From IMG/VR virus record IMGVR_UViG_3300008085_000125, positions 1-24,131 of that record: DNA of 24,131 bases; one strand, given 5' to 3'. Positions 1 to 8,780 of this stretch are shown piece after piece. The notes under the pieces were generated by a model. It did no database searches, was not told where the DNA came from, and worked only from the letters and a program-made list of their open reading frames with translations. The position numbers and the translations under genes are program-made. Source of the DNA: a virus (Duplodnaviria > Caudoviricetes). Within the stretch, counting starts at the first letter, position 1; every line of letters begins with the position of its first letter.

Positions 1-511
1 GCTCTTCAAAACCTTCTGCACTTTTAAACACTAACCCAATAGTATTATCGTTTTCAGAAGAATTATTAGTAGCCTCAGCCAACTCTAATCCAGTAAAGAA
101 GCCTAGAACCTCAAAGGCGTCATCGCTTCCTACACCTTTCCATAGTTGCTCTACTACAACTACGTATTTACCACCAAGGGACATGTCTGATACCTGTAAT
201 TTGTTCTCAGGAGTAGGATTGAAAACAACGCCAGTAAACCCATGCGACCACTTATTAGGTAGATTTTCTTTAGGTACCAACTGGTAGTTTTTTCCATTAC
301 TCTGTTTTATTCCTTGAAAACTATAGCCTGTTTTGCCCGGCAATAGTTGTAAGTTAGTCATCAATATACGGTTAGTTACGTTTACGGTAGATGCCGTTCT
401 ATCGATATCGTCTAGATTTATTATTACTGTATTTACCGTTAGTCCTCCTACCGGAAGGGCATCACAATCTAGTAATAAATTTGCGGTTATTTTTCCTGTA
501 CAATCTGCCAT
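1..511 (-). CDS. Probable major tail tube protein (runs off the left edge; missing from the ORF track)
   Basis: Manual translation from ATG at 511 is open to the window edge: MADCTGKITANLLLDCDALPVGGLTVNTVIINLDDIDR...GKTGYSFQG...GKYVVVVEQLWKG...FEVLGFFTGLEL... It starts 18 nt after the capsid stop. The N-terminal C...C..P.GG pattern and beta-rich composition resemble Bacteroidota siphovirus tube proteins (inference). Confidence 0.6.
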   Translation of the reverse strand, partial: MADCTGKITANLLLDCDALPVGGLTVNTVIINLDDIDRTASTVNVTNRILMTNLQLLPGKTGYSFQGIKQSNGKNYQLVPKENLPNKWSHGFTGVVFNPTPENKLQVSDMSLGGKYVVVVEQLWKGVGSDDAFEVLGFFTGLELAEATNNSSENDNTIGLVFKSAEGFEE

Positions 512-529
512 CTTTTCTGTTTTTAAAAA

Positions 530-1615
530 TTAATATGCAACGGATGCAAGATATACTTCCATAAATTTCGCGTCTAAAGAATATGCTCCATCAATAACGT
601 TTACTCGGTTGTATTGGTCGTAAAAAGCATTTACATCTCCAAAATCACCGTCAGATAAAGTACCTATTCTAAGGTTGTCAGGAGTTGACAATACAAGTCT
701 ATGAGGGCGAAAACGTACAGTACCGTTGTTTTGGTAAGTATCTATAAAGCGATCCCAAACACTCATTTGTACAACCTCTATTCCTCTATATCTAAGCGTT
801 TGTTTTCCATCCTCGGTAATTATGGTAACACCCCCGGAATTTTGTGTATCCTCCAGGTCGTTTACAAGGCCATCCCAAATGGATTGAGTTGCATAAAACT
901 TGGCATTGGCATTAGCTCTAAGCCGTCCATCTGCTTTTGTGAAAACAGATTTAAAAGTAGATAAAGCCTCACCACTTACTAATTCTTGTGCTGCATAACT
1001 TACTCCTGCATTTTTAGCTATGGATGTAAAGCGATTTGTATTTGCACTTCCTGATATTGATGTGAAAATTTGTTTAAACAACCCATCAAACCCAGTGTAG
1101 TACGCTACGTCTGTTCCGTTGGTGAAAACACCAGCAGGCACTGCGTCAAAAGTATCTCCATCTTTGTCATCAAACCATGCTTTCTCTAGGATTATCTGAT
1201 CAAAAGCATCTAAGACTGCTGCCACAAGGAAGTTCCCTATTTGAGATTGCGATCCTTCTGTTATAGTGAAGTAATCCGGATTAACTCTCGTCATTTGATT
1301 GACAAGTTTGTTTTGCTGATTAACATCCGAAGTACAATGCTTCAAACGGAAATCTTCCAAAACAGGATCCCAAAACTTATCGGTAAGGGTTATCCCATTT
1401 ATTTCATTCGGTACACAATTAGCTGCTATTTTTTTACCTAATTGTTCGATACGTCCAGCAAATACGATTTGCTGTTTGCTTTTAATGCCTTGCTCCACGA
1501 GGTGAAGTTCGTTCAATGTTGGGTTGGCGAAAGTAAGTTCATTAATTACTCTACTCCAATCTTTTAGTTCTTCGGGATTAAATACAAAAGTCCCATTGTT
1601 TATTGCGCTTGCCAT
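530..1615 (-). CDS. Major capsid protein (HK97-fold, putative)
   Basis: 361 aa, directly downstream of the Clp-type head protease. Size, position and composition fit a capsid protein. Confidence 0.75.
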   Translation of the reverse strand: MASAINNGTFVFNPEELKDWSRVINELTFANPTLNELHLVEQGIKSKQQIVFAGRIEQLGKKIAANCVPNEINGITLTDKFWDPVLEDFRLKHCTSDVNQQNKLVNQMTRVNPDYFTITEGSQSQIGNFLVAAVLDAFDQIILEKAWFDDKDGDTFDAVPAGVFTNGTDVAYYTGFDGLFKQIFTSISGSANTNRFTSIAKNAGVSYAAQELVSGEALSTFKSVFTKADGRLRANANAKFYATQSIWDGLVNDLEDTQNSGGVTIITEDGKQTLRYRGIEVVQMSVWDRFIDTYQNNGTVRFRPHRLVLSTPDNLRIGTLSDGDFGDVNAFYDQYNRVNVIDGAYSLDAKFMEVYLASVAY

Positions 1616-1618
1616 GTT

Positions 1619-2710
1619 TTATCTGTTGTTTTTACGTTTATTTTTTAATGCTTCCAAAGCCGATAATGCCGAGTTAACAACATCATCTTTTGCTTTTGGT
1701 TCTTTTTTATCAATTTCAAACTTAGATGTAATTTCTTTTTTCAAGTTTACAAATTCAGTTTTAATTTTGTTTAGTTCTTCTTCTTTTCCAGAAGCGGCAT
1801 TTACCTTTTCTGATAAAGAAAATTTCTCTGCTTCCAGTTCCGCTATTTTAGCTTTTAACGCGGCCATTTCATCGGCACCGGCATCCGGCTCCAATATTTC
1901 GGTTACTGCGCCAGCCACAAAACGGATAGTAACGTCCCCTAATGAAGGGAAGATATAATCACCCTCGGCAGGCACGCCGTCAACTGTTGCTACATCACCC
2001 AATACAGGAGTGCCTGTATCTTCAAGTTCTGTAAAATTAACTTCGATGCCATTCGCATCTTGTAAAAGTAGGTTGATTTTTTCTGTTTTAAACATTTTTG
2101 CAATGCTGTCAAACTTACTTTCAATCCAGCTTTTATCTTCTTTACTGATTGTTGTACTCATATTTATTGATTTTTGATTATAAAATGCTACTGCCTGCAA
2201 CTCTTGTATGTGTTCTGTTGCGAACCCTAAGGTTATTGCTTGTTCCGGCTCTAAGAATGTATCTTTTTTAAGCAAGGCTTTAAATGCTTCGGCTTCTGTG
2301 CCTGTGGTGTCTTTGTATAAGTCTATTATTTTTTTCTCTAATTTTTTTAACTCTGCAGCCTCATTCTCTAATCCTTCGGATGTTTGGAAGTCTTCCAATC
2401 TACTCATAGGTAAATGTATCATGAAATTACAATTACCTTTTATTTTTCTTGTTTGACCTGCCATAAAAATAACGGTTGCTATGCTAGCACACACTCCTGT
2501 TGCTATGGTATTTATTGGTCTTTCTATCGATTTTAAGTAGTCATAAATATCAAAGCCTACATCTACTAAACCACCCTCGGAGTTAATGAAAACATCGAAT
2601 GAAGTTGCGTTTGGTTGACTTTTAATTTGAGAAATCACGTCTAAGAGAGAAACGCCTCTTTCATCTCCTACATCTCCAATTAATCCATTAATAAAAACTT
2701 TACCTATCAT
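1619..2710 (-). CDS. ClpP-like (S14) prohead maturation protease fused to a scaffold-like C-terminus
   Basis: ClpP motifs INSEGG.V, GVCASIATVIFMAG (catalytic Ser), FMIH (His) and DTFL...A...GFA. The C-terminal half is acidic and coiled-coil-like (MAALKAKIAELEAEK). Confidence 0.9.
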   Translation of the reverse strand: MIGKVFINGLIGDVGDERGVSLLDVISQIKSQPNATSFDVFINSEGGLVDVGFDIYDYLKSIERPINTIATGVCASIATVIFMAGQTRKIKGNCNFMIHLPMSRLEDFQTSEGLENEAAELKKLEKKIIDLYKDTTGTEAEAFKALLKKDTFLEPEQAITLGFATEHIQELQAVAFYNQKSINMSTTISKEDKSWIESKFDSIAKMFKTEKINLLLQDANGIEVNFTELEDTGTPVLGDVATVDGVPAEGDYIFPSLGDVTIRFVAGAVTEILEPDAGADEMAALKAKIAELEAEKFSLSEKVNAASGKEEELNKIKTEFVNLKKEITSKFEIDKKEPKAKDDVVNSALSALEALKNKRKNNR

Positions 2711-2717
2711 AGTAACA

Positions 2718-2726
2718 CAAAGATTA
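2718..2726 (-). promoter_or_regulatory. Near-consensus Bacteroidota -7 promoter element for the head operon
   Basis: Minus strand reads TAATCTTTG, ending 7 nt before the protease ATG. It departs from TAnnTTTG by one position. Confidence 0.35.
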
Positions 2727-2738
2727 GAAATATTTATC

Positions 2739-2746
2739 TATATTTG
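2739..2746 (+). promoter_or_regulatory. Bacteroidota -7 promoter element (TATATTTG) for the plus-strand gene pair
   Basis: Exact TAnnTTTG match 21 nt upstream of the ATG at 2768. Confidence 0.55.
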
Positions 2747-2747
2747 T

Positions 2748-2765
2748 AGGACACAAACTTGTCCT
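2748..2765. promoter_or_regulatory. Palindromic operator-like site AGGACA-N6-TGTCCT
   Basis: Perfect 6-bp inverted repeat in the 57-bp divergent intergenic gap. A related site lies at 3396-3415. Confidence 0.5.
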
Positions 2766-2767
2766 TA

Positions 2768-2959
2768 ATGGTTGTATTCTTTTTAATTGTAATTTTCATG
2801 TCTCTTTTTATTACATTTGTTTGTACTTCTTTAATGTTTTGGAAGTTCGTAAAAGCAATTTATTATATTATATTTGATGTGGATAAAGGGTGGGAGATGA
2901 CTATAAAAGAAAGTGAGGAATATAAATCGTTTGAGAAAAACATAAAAAAAGAGATATGA
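2768..2959 (+). CDS. Small membrane protein (antisense accessory gene 1)
   Basis: ATG at 2768 is preferred to the TTG at 2759. Long hydrophobic N-terminus (VVFFLIVIFMSLFITFVCTSLMFW) and charged tail. Fills a gap in the minus-strand genes and overlaps the next ORF by ATGA. Confidence 0.6.
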   Translation: MVVFFLIVIFMSLFITFVCTSLMFWKFVKAIYYIIFDVDKGWEMTIKESEEYKSFEKNIKKEI

Positions 2960-3162
2960 AAAAACCCTCCTATGTTAGTGTTTTAGGAAAAACAAAATCG
3001 GTAATATATACGGAAGAAATAACTCCGGAAATAATTGCAGATTTAAAAGATAATGTTAAATACCAATTAAATAACAAAGGTGTTGACTTAGCCGGAGGTA
3101 TTGCATTAAGTGGAAAACATTGGAAAGAAATGTTTAAAGTATTGTTAAACTCAAAAAACTAA
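2956..3162 (+). CDS. Hypothetical protein (antisense accessory gene 2)
   Basis: 68 aa, coupled to the upstream ORF by ATGA. Its stop overlaps the convergent stop of the HTH gene at 3159-3162. Confidence 0.65.
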   Translation: MKKPSYVSVLGKTKSVIYTEEITPEIIADLKDNVKYQLNNKGVDLAGGIALSGKHWKEMFKVLLNSKN

Positions 3163-3389
3163 AAGCCTTGCATCCAAACAGCAACACGCCTAACCGTCCT
3201 TTCAGAAATACGAAATTCCTCAGCCGTATTAAATTCGCTTTCCTTTTTATTATTGCATTTCCGTTCCTCTTTATAATATTCGTAAATCACTTTATAATCG
3301 AGTACCGTAAGGGGAAGAATGCCTAATTTTATAAGTGTGTTTAAATTCTCTGTTTTACAAATTGCTTCGTATCTATTCATATTTACCAT
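3159..3389 (-). CDS. Small helix-turn-helix protein, possible late-gene regulator
   Basis: C-terminal HTH-like pattern FNTAEEFRISERTVRRVAVWM. The start could be 3389 or 3380. Confidence 0.65.
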   Translation of the reverse strand: MVNMNRYEAICKTENLNTLIKLGILPLTVLDYKVIYEYYKEERKCNNKKESEFNTAEEFRISERTVRRVAVWMQGF

Positions 3390-3607
3390 TTATTTAAAGG
3401 ACACTTTTGTCCTTTTTCTCTTATTTTAGCTGAAAGGGGGCAGCTACATTTCTTGCAGTAATACCCTTCGACTTCCTTTAACTCATTATCTTTAAACAAA
3501 AGTATTTTTCCTTTTGCTTTCTCCTGGCATTTCCCGCATATTTTTGCTCGGCTTTTCGCCAAATCCTCAGTAACGCCTTTTAAAAATTTTATCCAACCTT
3601 CTATCAT
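3383..3607 (-). CDS. Cys-rich metal-binding small protein
   Basis: Pattern R..IC.KC...CKKCSCPLSAK.R.....CPLNKW with six Cys, reminiscent of DUF6171-type phage proteins (from memory, unverified). ATGA-coupled to the tape measure gene. Confidence 0.7.
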   Translation of the reverse strand: MIEGWIKFLKGVTEDLAKSRAKICGKCQEKAKGKILLFKDNELKEVEGYYCKKCSCPLSAKIREKGQKCPLNKW

Positions 3608-6300
3608 ATAGTTGCGTTTACTTCTATCTCGTTAGCATTATTAATACCTAACCTTATATCTTCTACATAAACAACGCTTCTTTGCGTGTTTTGAAACGCA
3701 CTACCTAATGATTCTTTGTTAATGTCATTGGTTATTATGCCGCCCGATTCTGCCATCGTGGTTCCTATTTTTCCACTGCCAAATTTATTGTTGAAATCCA
3801 TAAACGCACCATAGGCAGGTCTGTTTAAAATTCCAATACCTTCGCCCCCCTCGGCTTCACCGATTAGTTTGTTTCCTGCAAAAATAGGCACGCCGCCCTG
3901 TGAGTGTCTATTGCCGTCTATTCCTACAATACCCCCTTGCTCAAAGCTAGCCACTGTGCCTATGCCTTGTATTGCGGCACTTCCTAAGATAAAGCCTATA
4001 TTTTTAATTGCGTTGGCTTGCAAAAATCCGTTTTGCGCAAGTGCAGCAGTAATTGCACCTAGGTTAAAAGGTGGCGGCGCAACAAGTGTAGCTTGCGCTA
4101 GGTTTATTGCTTGTGCTGATGACGTTTCTATCTGTACTCTTGCGGCTGCTATTGCAGCATCAATTGCTATTCCTGCTAATCTAGCGGCTAGGCTATTTCC
4201 TAAAATTCCTTTTAAAACGCCAGCGGCTTGTGATGCCAAAGACGTAAGGGCTAATGTTTGTCTTTTTTTAGATTCAATTTCCGCTTTATCCGCTAAAAAC
4301 TGTGCATTTCTTTCGTCTTGTCGTGCCTTATCTCTTATGGATTGTATTTGATTATTCCTTTCTTGTTCGAATAAAGTTAGCAGTTCTGTTTTTTCCTGCT
4401 CATTTAAGTTCATTTCTTCAAGTTCAAAAAGTTTTTTCTCAAAGTCTAACAATGCTTTCGCTTCGGCTCGTTCTTGATCATTTGTGATTGACTGGAGAAA
4501 TAGTTCATCCTCTAATGCTTGCTTTTTGTCATTAAAATCTTTTGTCCTTTGTAGTTCTTCTTCTTGTTGAGTTATTTGTATCTCCTTTAAATCATTTTGT
4601 ATTCTTAATACTTCCGTTTGAAATTCTAACTCTGAAAGTTTTTTAGCTTTTAATTTTTCTTGTAATATTATTATTTCATCGGCAGCATCTTTTCTTAGGT
4701 CCTCTAATGTGTCTTTTGAAAATCTACGCTTCTCTAATTCTAAAGCAAAAAGTTGTTCTAACTCAGCAATGTTTGCATCTTGCCTTTCTTTTATGGCTGC
4801 CAATGCTGCGGCTGCTGCTTCATCCCTAAGCTGTTTTACTACTCCAATATTTCTTTTTTCTATATCTGCTATCCGTTCTTCGTTGGTAATCCTTTGCGCG
4901 CGTAATTCTTCAAGTTGTTTTATTTCCTCACGAGAAGTATCGTTTAAAGATTGTTTTATTTCTAACTGTTTTATTTGTAAATCTAAGATTTTATTTTCCT
5001 CATTAACTAAATTTTTCGCTAACCTCTCTTGCTCTTTTACGGCCGCTTCTCTTTTTTCAGAGCTTAATGCGGTGTTCTTGGCAATGTTTTCTTGTTCTTT
5101 TAGTTGCAGGTTTGTTTTCGCCCTTAGCTGAATAATATCTATTTCTTTTTTCTCTATTTCTTTTTGGAGCCTGTCAATTTCAGCTCCTTTTTTTGCGGCA
5201 TCATTTATTGCTTGTCCGAATTGTTTTGCTGCATCGGTTACTTTTTTTAAGTTTTCAGCAACTTGATCGCCTAGGTCTGAAAAACCTTCTTTTATTAAAT
5301 CAAAATCAAAAGTCAATAGACCCTCAACTATTTTACTAAAGGCTTCAAACTGTTTTATTAATTGGTCTTTTACAAAGGCATAAAGCGTTTTTAAACTTTC
5401 CAACGGATTACTAAAAGCAGCAAAAAGAAATTTACCCACATCCTGTAATACACCTACAAGTGTACTAAAGATAGCTTGTAGCGGTCTTGTTACGGAAGTC
5501 ACTTTGTCAATACCGGCTTGCGTGGTAGCCAAAAAGGAAATCAAACTTCCCAACACAACAACGATTGCCCCTATCCCTGTAGATATTAATGCAATGCGAA
5601 ATAGCTTCAATGCTCCTGATAATGCGTTTGTGGTTATTGCTGCTATTTTTTGAGATTTTGTAAGTGCTTCCGTTCCGGCGGCTGCGTTTTTTATTTGTGA
5701 GAACGCGCCAGCGACTTCCGCTTTTAACAAAGAGAAAACACCGGCAAATGGAGTAAGCACACCTTGTATCTCTCTTAAAGAACCGCCGAATAATCCTGTA
5801 TCTTTTAGTGCTCCTGCAATGGCGGTTTGATAATCTCCGATACCTATCTTTTGCTGCTCATAAGCAGATACATTTTGTTTTATAAAAGCATTGTTTTCGT
5901 CTAATTTCTTGTTTATCAAAGCCAAGGTGTCCGTTCCCTCTTTAGTAGATAAATCCAGTTCATTTCGTAGTTTTAAAAGTTCGCTATTATTGGCTCGTGT
6001 CTGTGATATTGTAACGTTTTCCCTGTCATAAGCTACTGCAATTGCTTCACTACTATTTTTTAACTCACCGTTTTTTGTCACAAGTTGTTGTAATGCCGTT
6101 TTTTGCGCATTGTATTGACTAGATAATCCTTTAATTGCCGCTTCATTAGCGATAAATTGTTGGCTAGATTCTAGTCCGGATTTTTTTAAATTTTTGTTTT
6201 CTTCTTTTAAAGATTCCAAAGATTTTTTCACGTCTTGCGCTTCCTTAATGATGTTTTTTGCATCAAGGTTTAGTTCTGCTATTACTATTTTTTCTGCCAT
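3604..6300 (-). CDS. Tail tape measure protein
   Basis: 898 aa, helical and coiled-coil, with a hydrophobic segment (IALISTGIGAIVVVLGSLISF), an Ala-rich C-terminal region and a GG...G.RHSQGG...EAEGGE motif. Confidence 0.85.
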   Translation of the reverse strand: MAEKIVIAELNLDAKNIIKEAQDVKKSLESLKEENKNLKKSGLESSQQFIANEAAIKGLSSQYNAQKTALQQLVTKNGELKNSSEAIAVAYDRENVTISQTRANNSELLKLRNELDLSTKEGTDTLALINKKLDENNAFIKQNVSAYEQQKIGIGDYQTAIAGALKDTGLFGGSLREIQGVLTPFAGVFSLLKAEVAGAFSQIKNAAAGTEALTKSQKIAAITTNALSGALKLFRIALISTGIGAIVVVLGSLISFLATTQAGIDKVTSVTRPLQAIFSTLVGVLQDVGKFLFAAFSNPLESLKTLYAFVKDQLIKQFEAFSKIVEGLLTFDFDLIKEGFSDLGDQVAENLKKVTDAAKQFGQAINDAAKKGAEIDRLQKEIEKKEIDIIQLRAKTNLQLKEQENIAKNTALSSEKREAAVKEQERLAKNLVNEENKILDLQIKQLEIKQSLNDTSREEIKQLEELRAQRITNEERIADIEKRNIGVVKQLRDEAAAAALAAIKERQDANIAELEQLFALELEKRRFSKDTLEDLRKDAADEIIILQEKLKAKKLSELEFQTEVLRIQNDLKEIQITQQEEELQRTKDFNDKKQALEDELFLQSITNDQERAEAKALLDFEKKLFELEEMNLNEQEKTELLTLFEQERNNQIQSIRDKARQDERNAQFLADKAEIESKKRQTLALTSLASQAAGVLKGILGNSLAARLAGIAIDAAIAAARVQIETSSAQAINLAQATLVAPPPFNLGAITAALAQNGFLQANAIKNIGFILGSAAIQGIGTVASFEQGGIVGIDGNRHSQGGVPIFAGNKLIGEAEGGEGIGILNRPAYGAFMDFNNKFGSGKIGTTMAESGGIITNDINKESLGSAFQNTQRSVVYVEDIRLGINNANEIEVNATI

Positions 6301-8780
6301 TATCCTATACTTATAATTTGATTTGATGTAACACCCTCAAAAATTAATTGGATTCCCCAAAATATAGTTATCTCATAAGGCGAAGGCGTTTGATGTTGTA
6401 CTGTTGTTGTAAAAGTGTTTCCTGTTAGCAAAATTGGTGCATCAATTATTTCTCCGCTTAAAAAGGATACCTTTCTGAGTGTCATTGTTTCCGGCAATGG
6501 CACGTCTGTTTCAAAAGTAACAAATAAATTTCTAACATTGCCCACAATAGATGTAGTTTGAACAGATATTAATTCTAATACTACAGGAGGTGGCTGCATA
6601 AAACATCCTGCTATGTTTATGAAATCAGTGTTATTTGATTGTACACTTAGTGTTTGATGTTTTATATTAAACGCCCAACCTCCATCAATTAAATTATCCG
6701 TTTGTATAGTAACAGTGTTCGCGTCCACTATTACGTTATATAGAATAGTTATCGTTGGTAGTCCTGTTGTGGGATCCGTTATAGAATACCCGGCTTGAAC
6801 AACGGCATTAAAAGGTTGTTGTATATTTGTATTAACGGTTAAAACCAACTCGCATAAAGAATAGACTGCATTCGTAATGGTTATAAACAATGAAGGCGGT
6901 GGTGGGTTGTTCTCGGTGTTTATTTCTTTCGAGTTAATCTTTAGCATCTCGCATCTAGTAGGACTTCCAGGAGTGAAATTAATTATTTTGTTTACCACAA
7001 AATCCGCCCCTAATTGTTTCAAATGATACCTATTTGTAAAATCAAAATTATTAATATCTGTTGGTGAAAGATTTAAAAGTATTTCGGACAATTTAGTATT
7101 ATTTATAATTACCCTAGTCGCTTTGTAATACTTTGCTATTAAATTTCTCCAACTTGTGAACCCGGCTAAATATGATGTGGTGACCGCCTGTGTGCTAGCA
7201 AATATTTCACTCTCTAAAGTAAAAGGGTTTTCATATAATATTTGCTTTAAGAAATGAAATCTTTTATCTAATGGTTTGTAATTAACCGTGCCGTCATCTT
7301 TAGGCTCTTTATCCCAAAACCTTGGTCGAATTAGTTTCTTATTTAAAAAAGTTGTTTCCCTAGAATCTACCGAATAGGTTTGCGATGTTAAAACAACTTG
7401 ATCTTCTTTTAGATTAACGTCCCTTACAAGTATTTCTCCATTGTTGAAGTTTTGATTGTCGTCAGCATATTTGTATATAAAATTATTTTTCCTTGCATAC
7501 CCTATTTGATATTTAGTAGAATTAAGATTGATAAATTTATTACTCCAGTCCTTAACCTCGCTTTGTAAATACCTTTCTTCTTCGGTTAAGAACAAAATCT
7601 TGTCTTGAAATTTATCTGCAAAAGGGGTAAGTCCAAATCTGTTCATTATTTCTTTTACAAAGTCTGTTACTTTGAAATCGATAAATGCTTCTTCAAAGTC
7701 AACGGTATCACCTTCTACATTGTTTATTGTTATTTGTAAATTAGAAATTCCTAACTCTATATTTGAGGGGTCAAAGCCTAAATAAATCTTATCTCCTAAT
7801 TGAAGCGTTAAAGAAAAAAATAAGTCTAATTGGGTTAAAGCGGTGATATTTGAAACAATTTCTATTTTGTTTAATGGATCGTTTACCCAATAATAAAGAG
7901 AATAAATAGCGGTTTCGTCTTGCGGAAAGTTAATAGTTCCGTTTAAATTAAACCGATATAATCCACCTTGTTGTATCTCTATAATTTCATTATACGTTCC
8001 AATCGACTGTGCATATATATTAGAAACAAATTTCTGTAGTAAATTAGGAAAGTAGAAGGTATTATAAAAGTCGGGACCATTTGAGGAAAAAGGATCTACG
8101 CTTTGTATTTCAAAAAGTTCATCGTAAACAAGGTTAAAAACTTCTTCTCCTCCTACTGGCTTAGGGTAAGTTAAAAACAATTCTGTGAAGTCTAACTCCT
8201 GAAAGATACTACCCTCAGCAATATATCCAGCATAATTAAATACTTGTTGCCATAGGTAGGAAACTAAAGCCGAAGGCACTAAGTAATCCGCGTTTAAATT
8301 TCCTGTGGTAGTAAGAAATTTACCGTTATAATCTGCTAATAAATATCTATATTTCAAAGCATTATTCCAACTTGCAACTATTGTAGTTGTATTCTTTAAA
8401 TGGTTTAGCTCGGCTATCCCTACATCTTTTAAGGTTATATTCTCTATTTTCTTCCAAAAAGAAATGATGCCCTCATAAATAACAACTTCATAAGAAGTTC
8501 CTGTATTGTTTATTGTGGCAAATCCTTTGTAAATTAAAGGCTCCCCTGCATCTGTAAAAAGTTTTGCTACATTTTTTTTGTATGGAAACTGCGAGTTACT
8601 CCCGGGGGTTGTTAAGTAATCTAAGGCTTTATGATTATTAGGGGTAAAAGGTGCTTTTATTTTTTGCGTGCGGTCGTTTTCTCTGTTCTGCAAGTTGGCA
8701 ATATCATTCACCTGCTTGGTTATTGCAATAGGATTCCCTTCTTCTAGTTCTATTAATATTTCATTTATAAATAGCCTCAC
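6300..8780 (-). CDS. Tail hub/baseplate-like structural protein with C-terminal beta-rich domains
   Basis: 826 aa, beta-rich, between the Dit-like gene and the tape measure gene. Two Pro-rich linkers (NNPPPPS, MQPPPVV) separate about 100-aa C-terminal domains. Confidence 0.6.
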   Translation of the reverse strand: MRLFINEILIELEEGNPIAITKQVNDIANLQNRENDRTQKIKAPFTPNNHKALDYLTTPGSNSQFPYKKNVAKLFTDAGEPLIYKGFATINNTGTSYEVVIYEGIISFWKKIENITLKDVGIAELNHLKNTTTIVASWNNALKYRYLLADYNGKFLTTTGNLNADYLVPSALVSYLWQQVFNYAGYIAEGSIFQELDFTELFLTYPKPVGGEEVFNLVYDELFEIQSVDPFSSNGPDFYNTFYFPNLLQKFVSNIYAQSIGTYNEIIEIQQGGLYRFNLNGTINFPQDETAIYSLYYWVNDPLNKIEIVSNITALTQLDLFFSLTLQLGDKIYLGFDPSNIELGISNLQITINNVEGDTVDFEEAFIDFKVTDFVKEIMNRFGLTPFADKFQDKILFLTEEERYLQSEVKDWSNKFINLNSTKYQIGYARKNNFIYKYADDNQNFNNGEILVRDVNLKEDQVVLTSQTYSVDSRETTFLNKKLIRPRFWDKEPKDDGTVNYKPLDKRFHFLKQILYENPFTLESEIFASTQAVTTSYLAGFTSWRNLIAKYYKATRVIINNTKLSEILLNLSPTDINNFDFTNRYHLKQLGADFVVNKIINFTPGSPTRCEMLKINSKEINTENNPPPPSLFITITNAVYSLCELVLTVNTNIQQPFNAVVQAGYSITDPTTGLPTITILYNVIVDANTVTIQTDNLIDGGWAFNIKHQTLSVQSNNTDFINIAGCFMQPPPVVLELISVQTTSIVGNVRNLFVTFETDVPLPETMTLRKVSFLSGEIIDAPILLTGNTFTTTVQHQTPSPYEITIFWGIQLIFEGVTSNQIISIG

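Noticed and set aside
2878-2886. Perfect DnaA box (TGTGGATAA)
   Set aside because: A single copy inside a coding region. One AT-rich 9-mer in 24 kb is plausible by chance, and none lies in the candidate origin.
6300-8780. Diversity-generating retroelement target in the tail gene
   Set aside because: No reverse transcriptase and no adenine-mismatched template/variable repeat pair were seen in the window.
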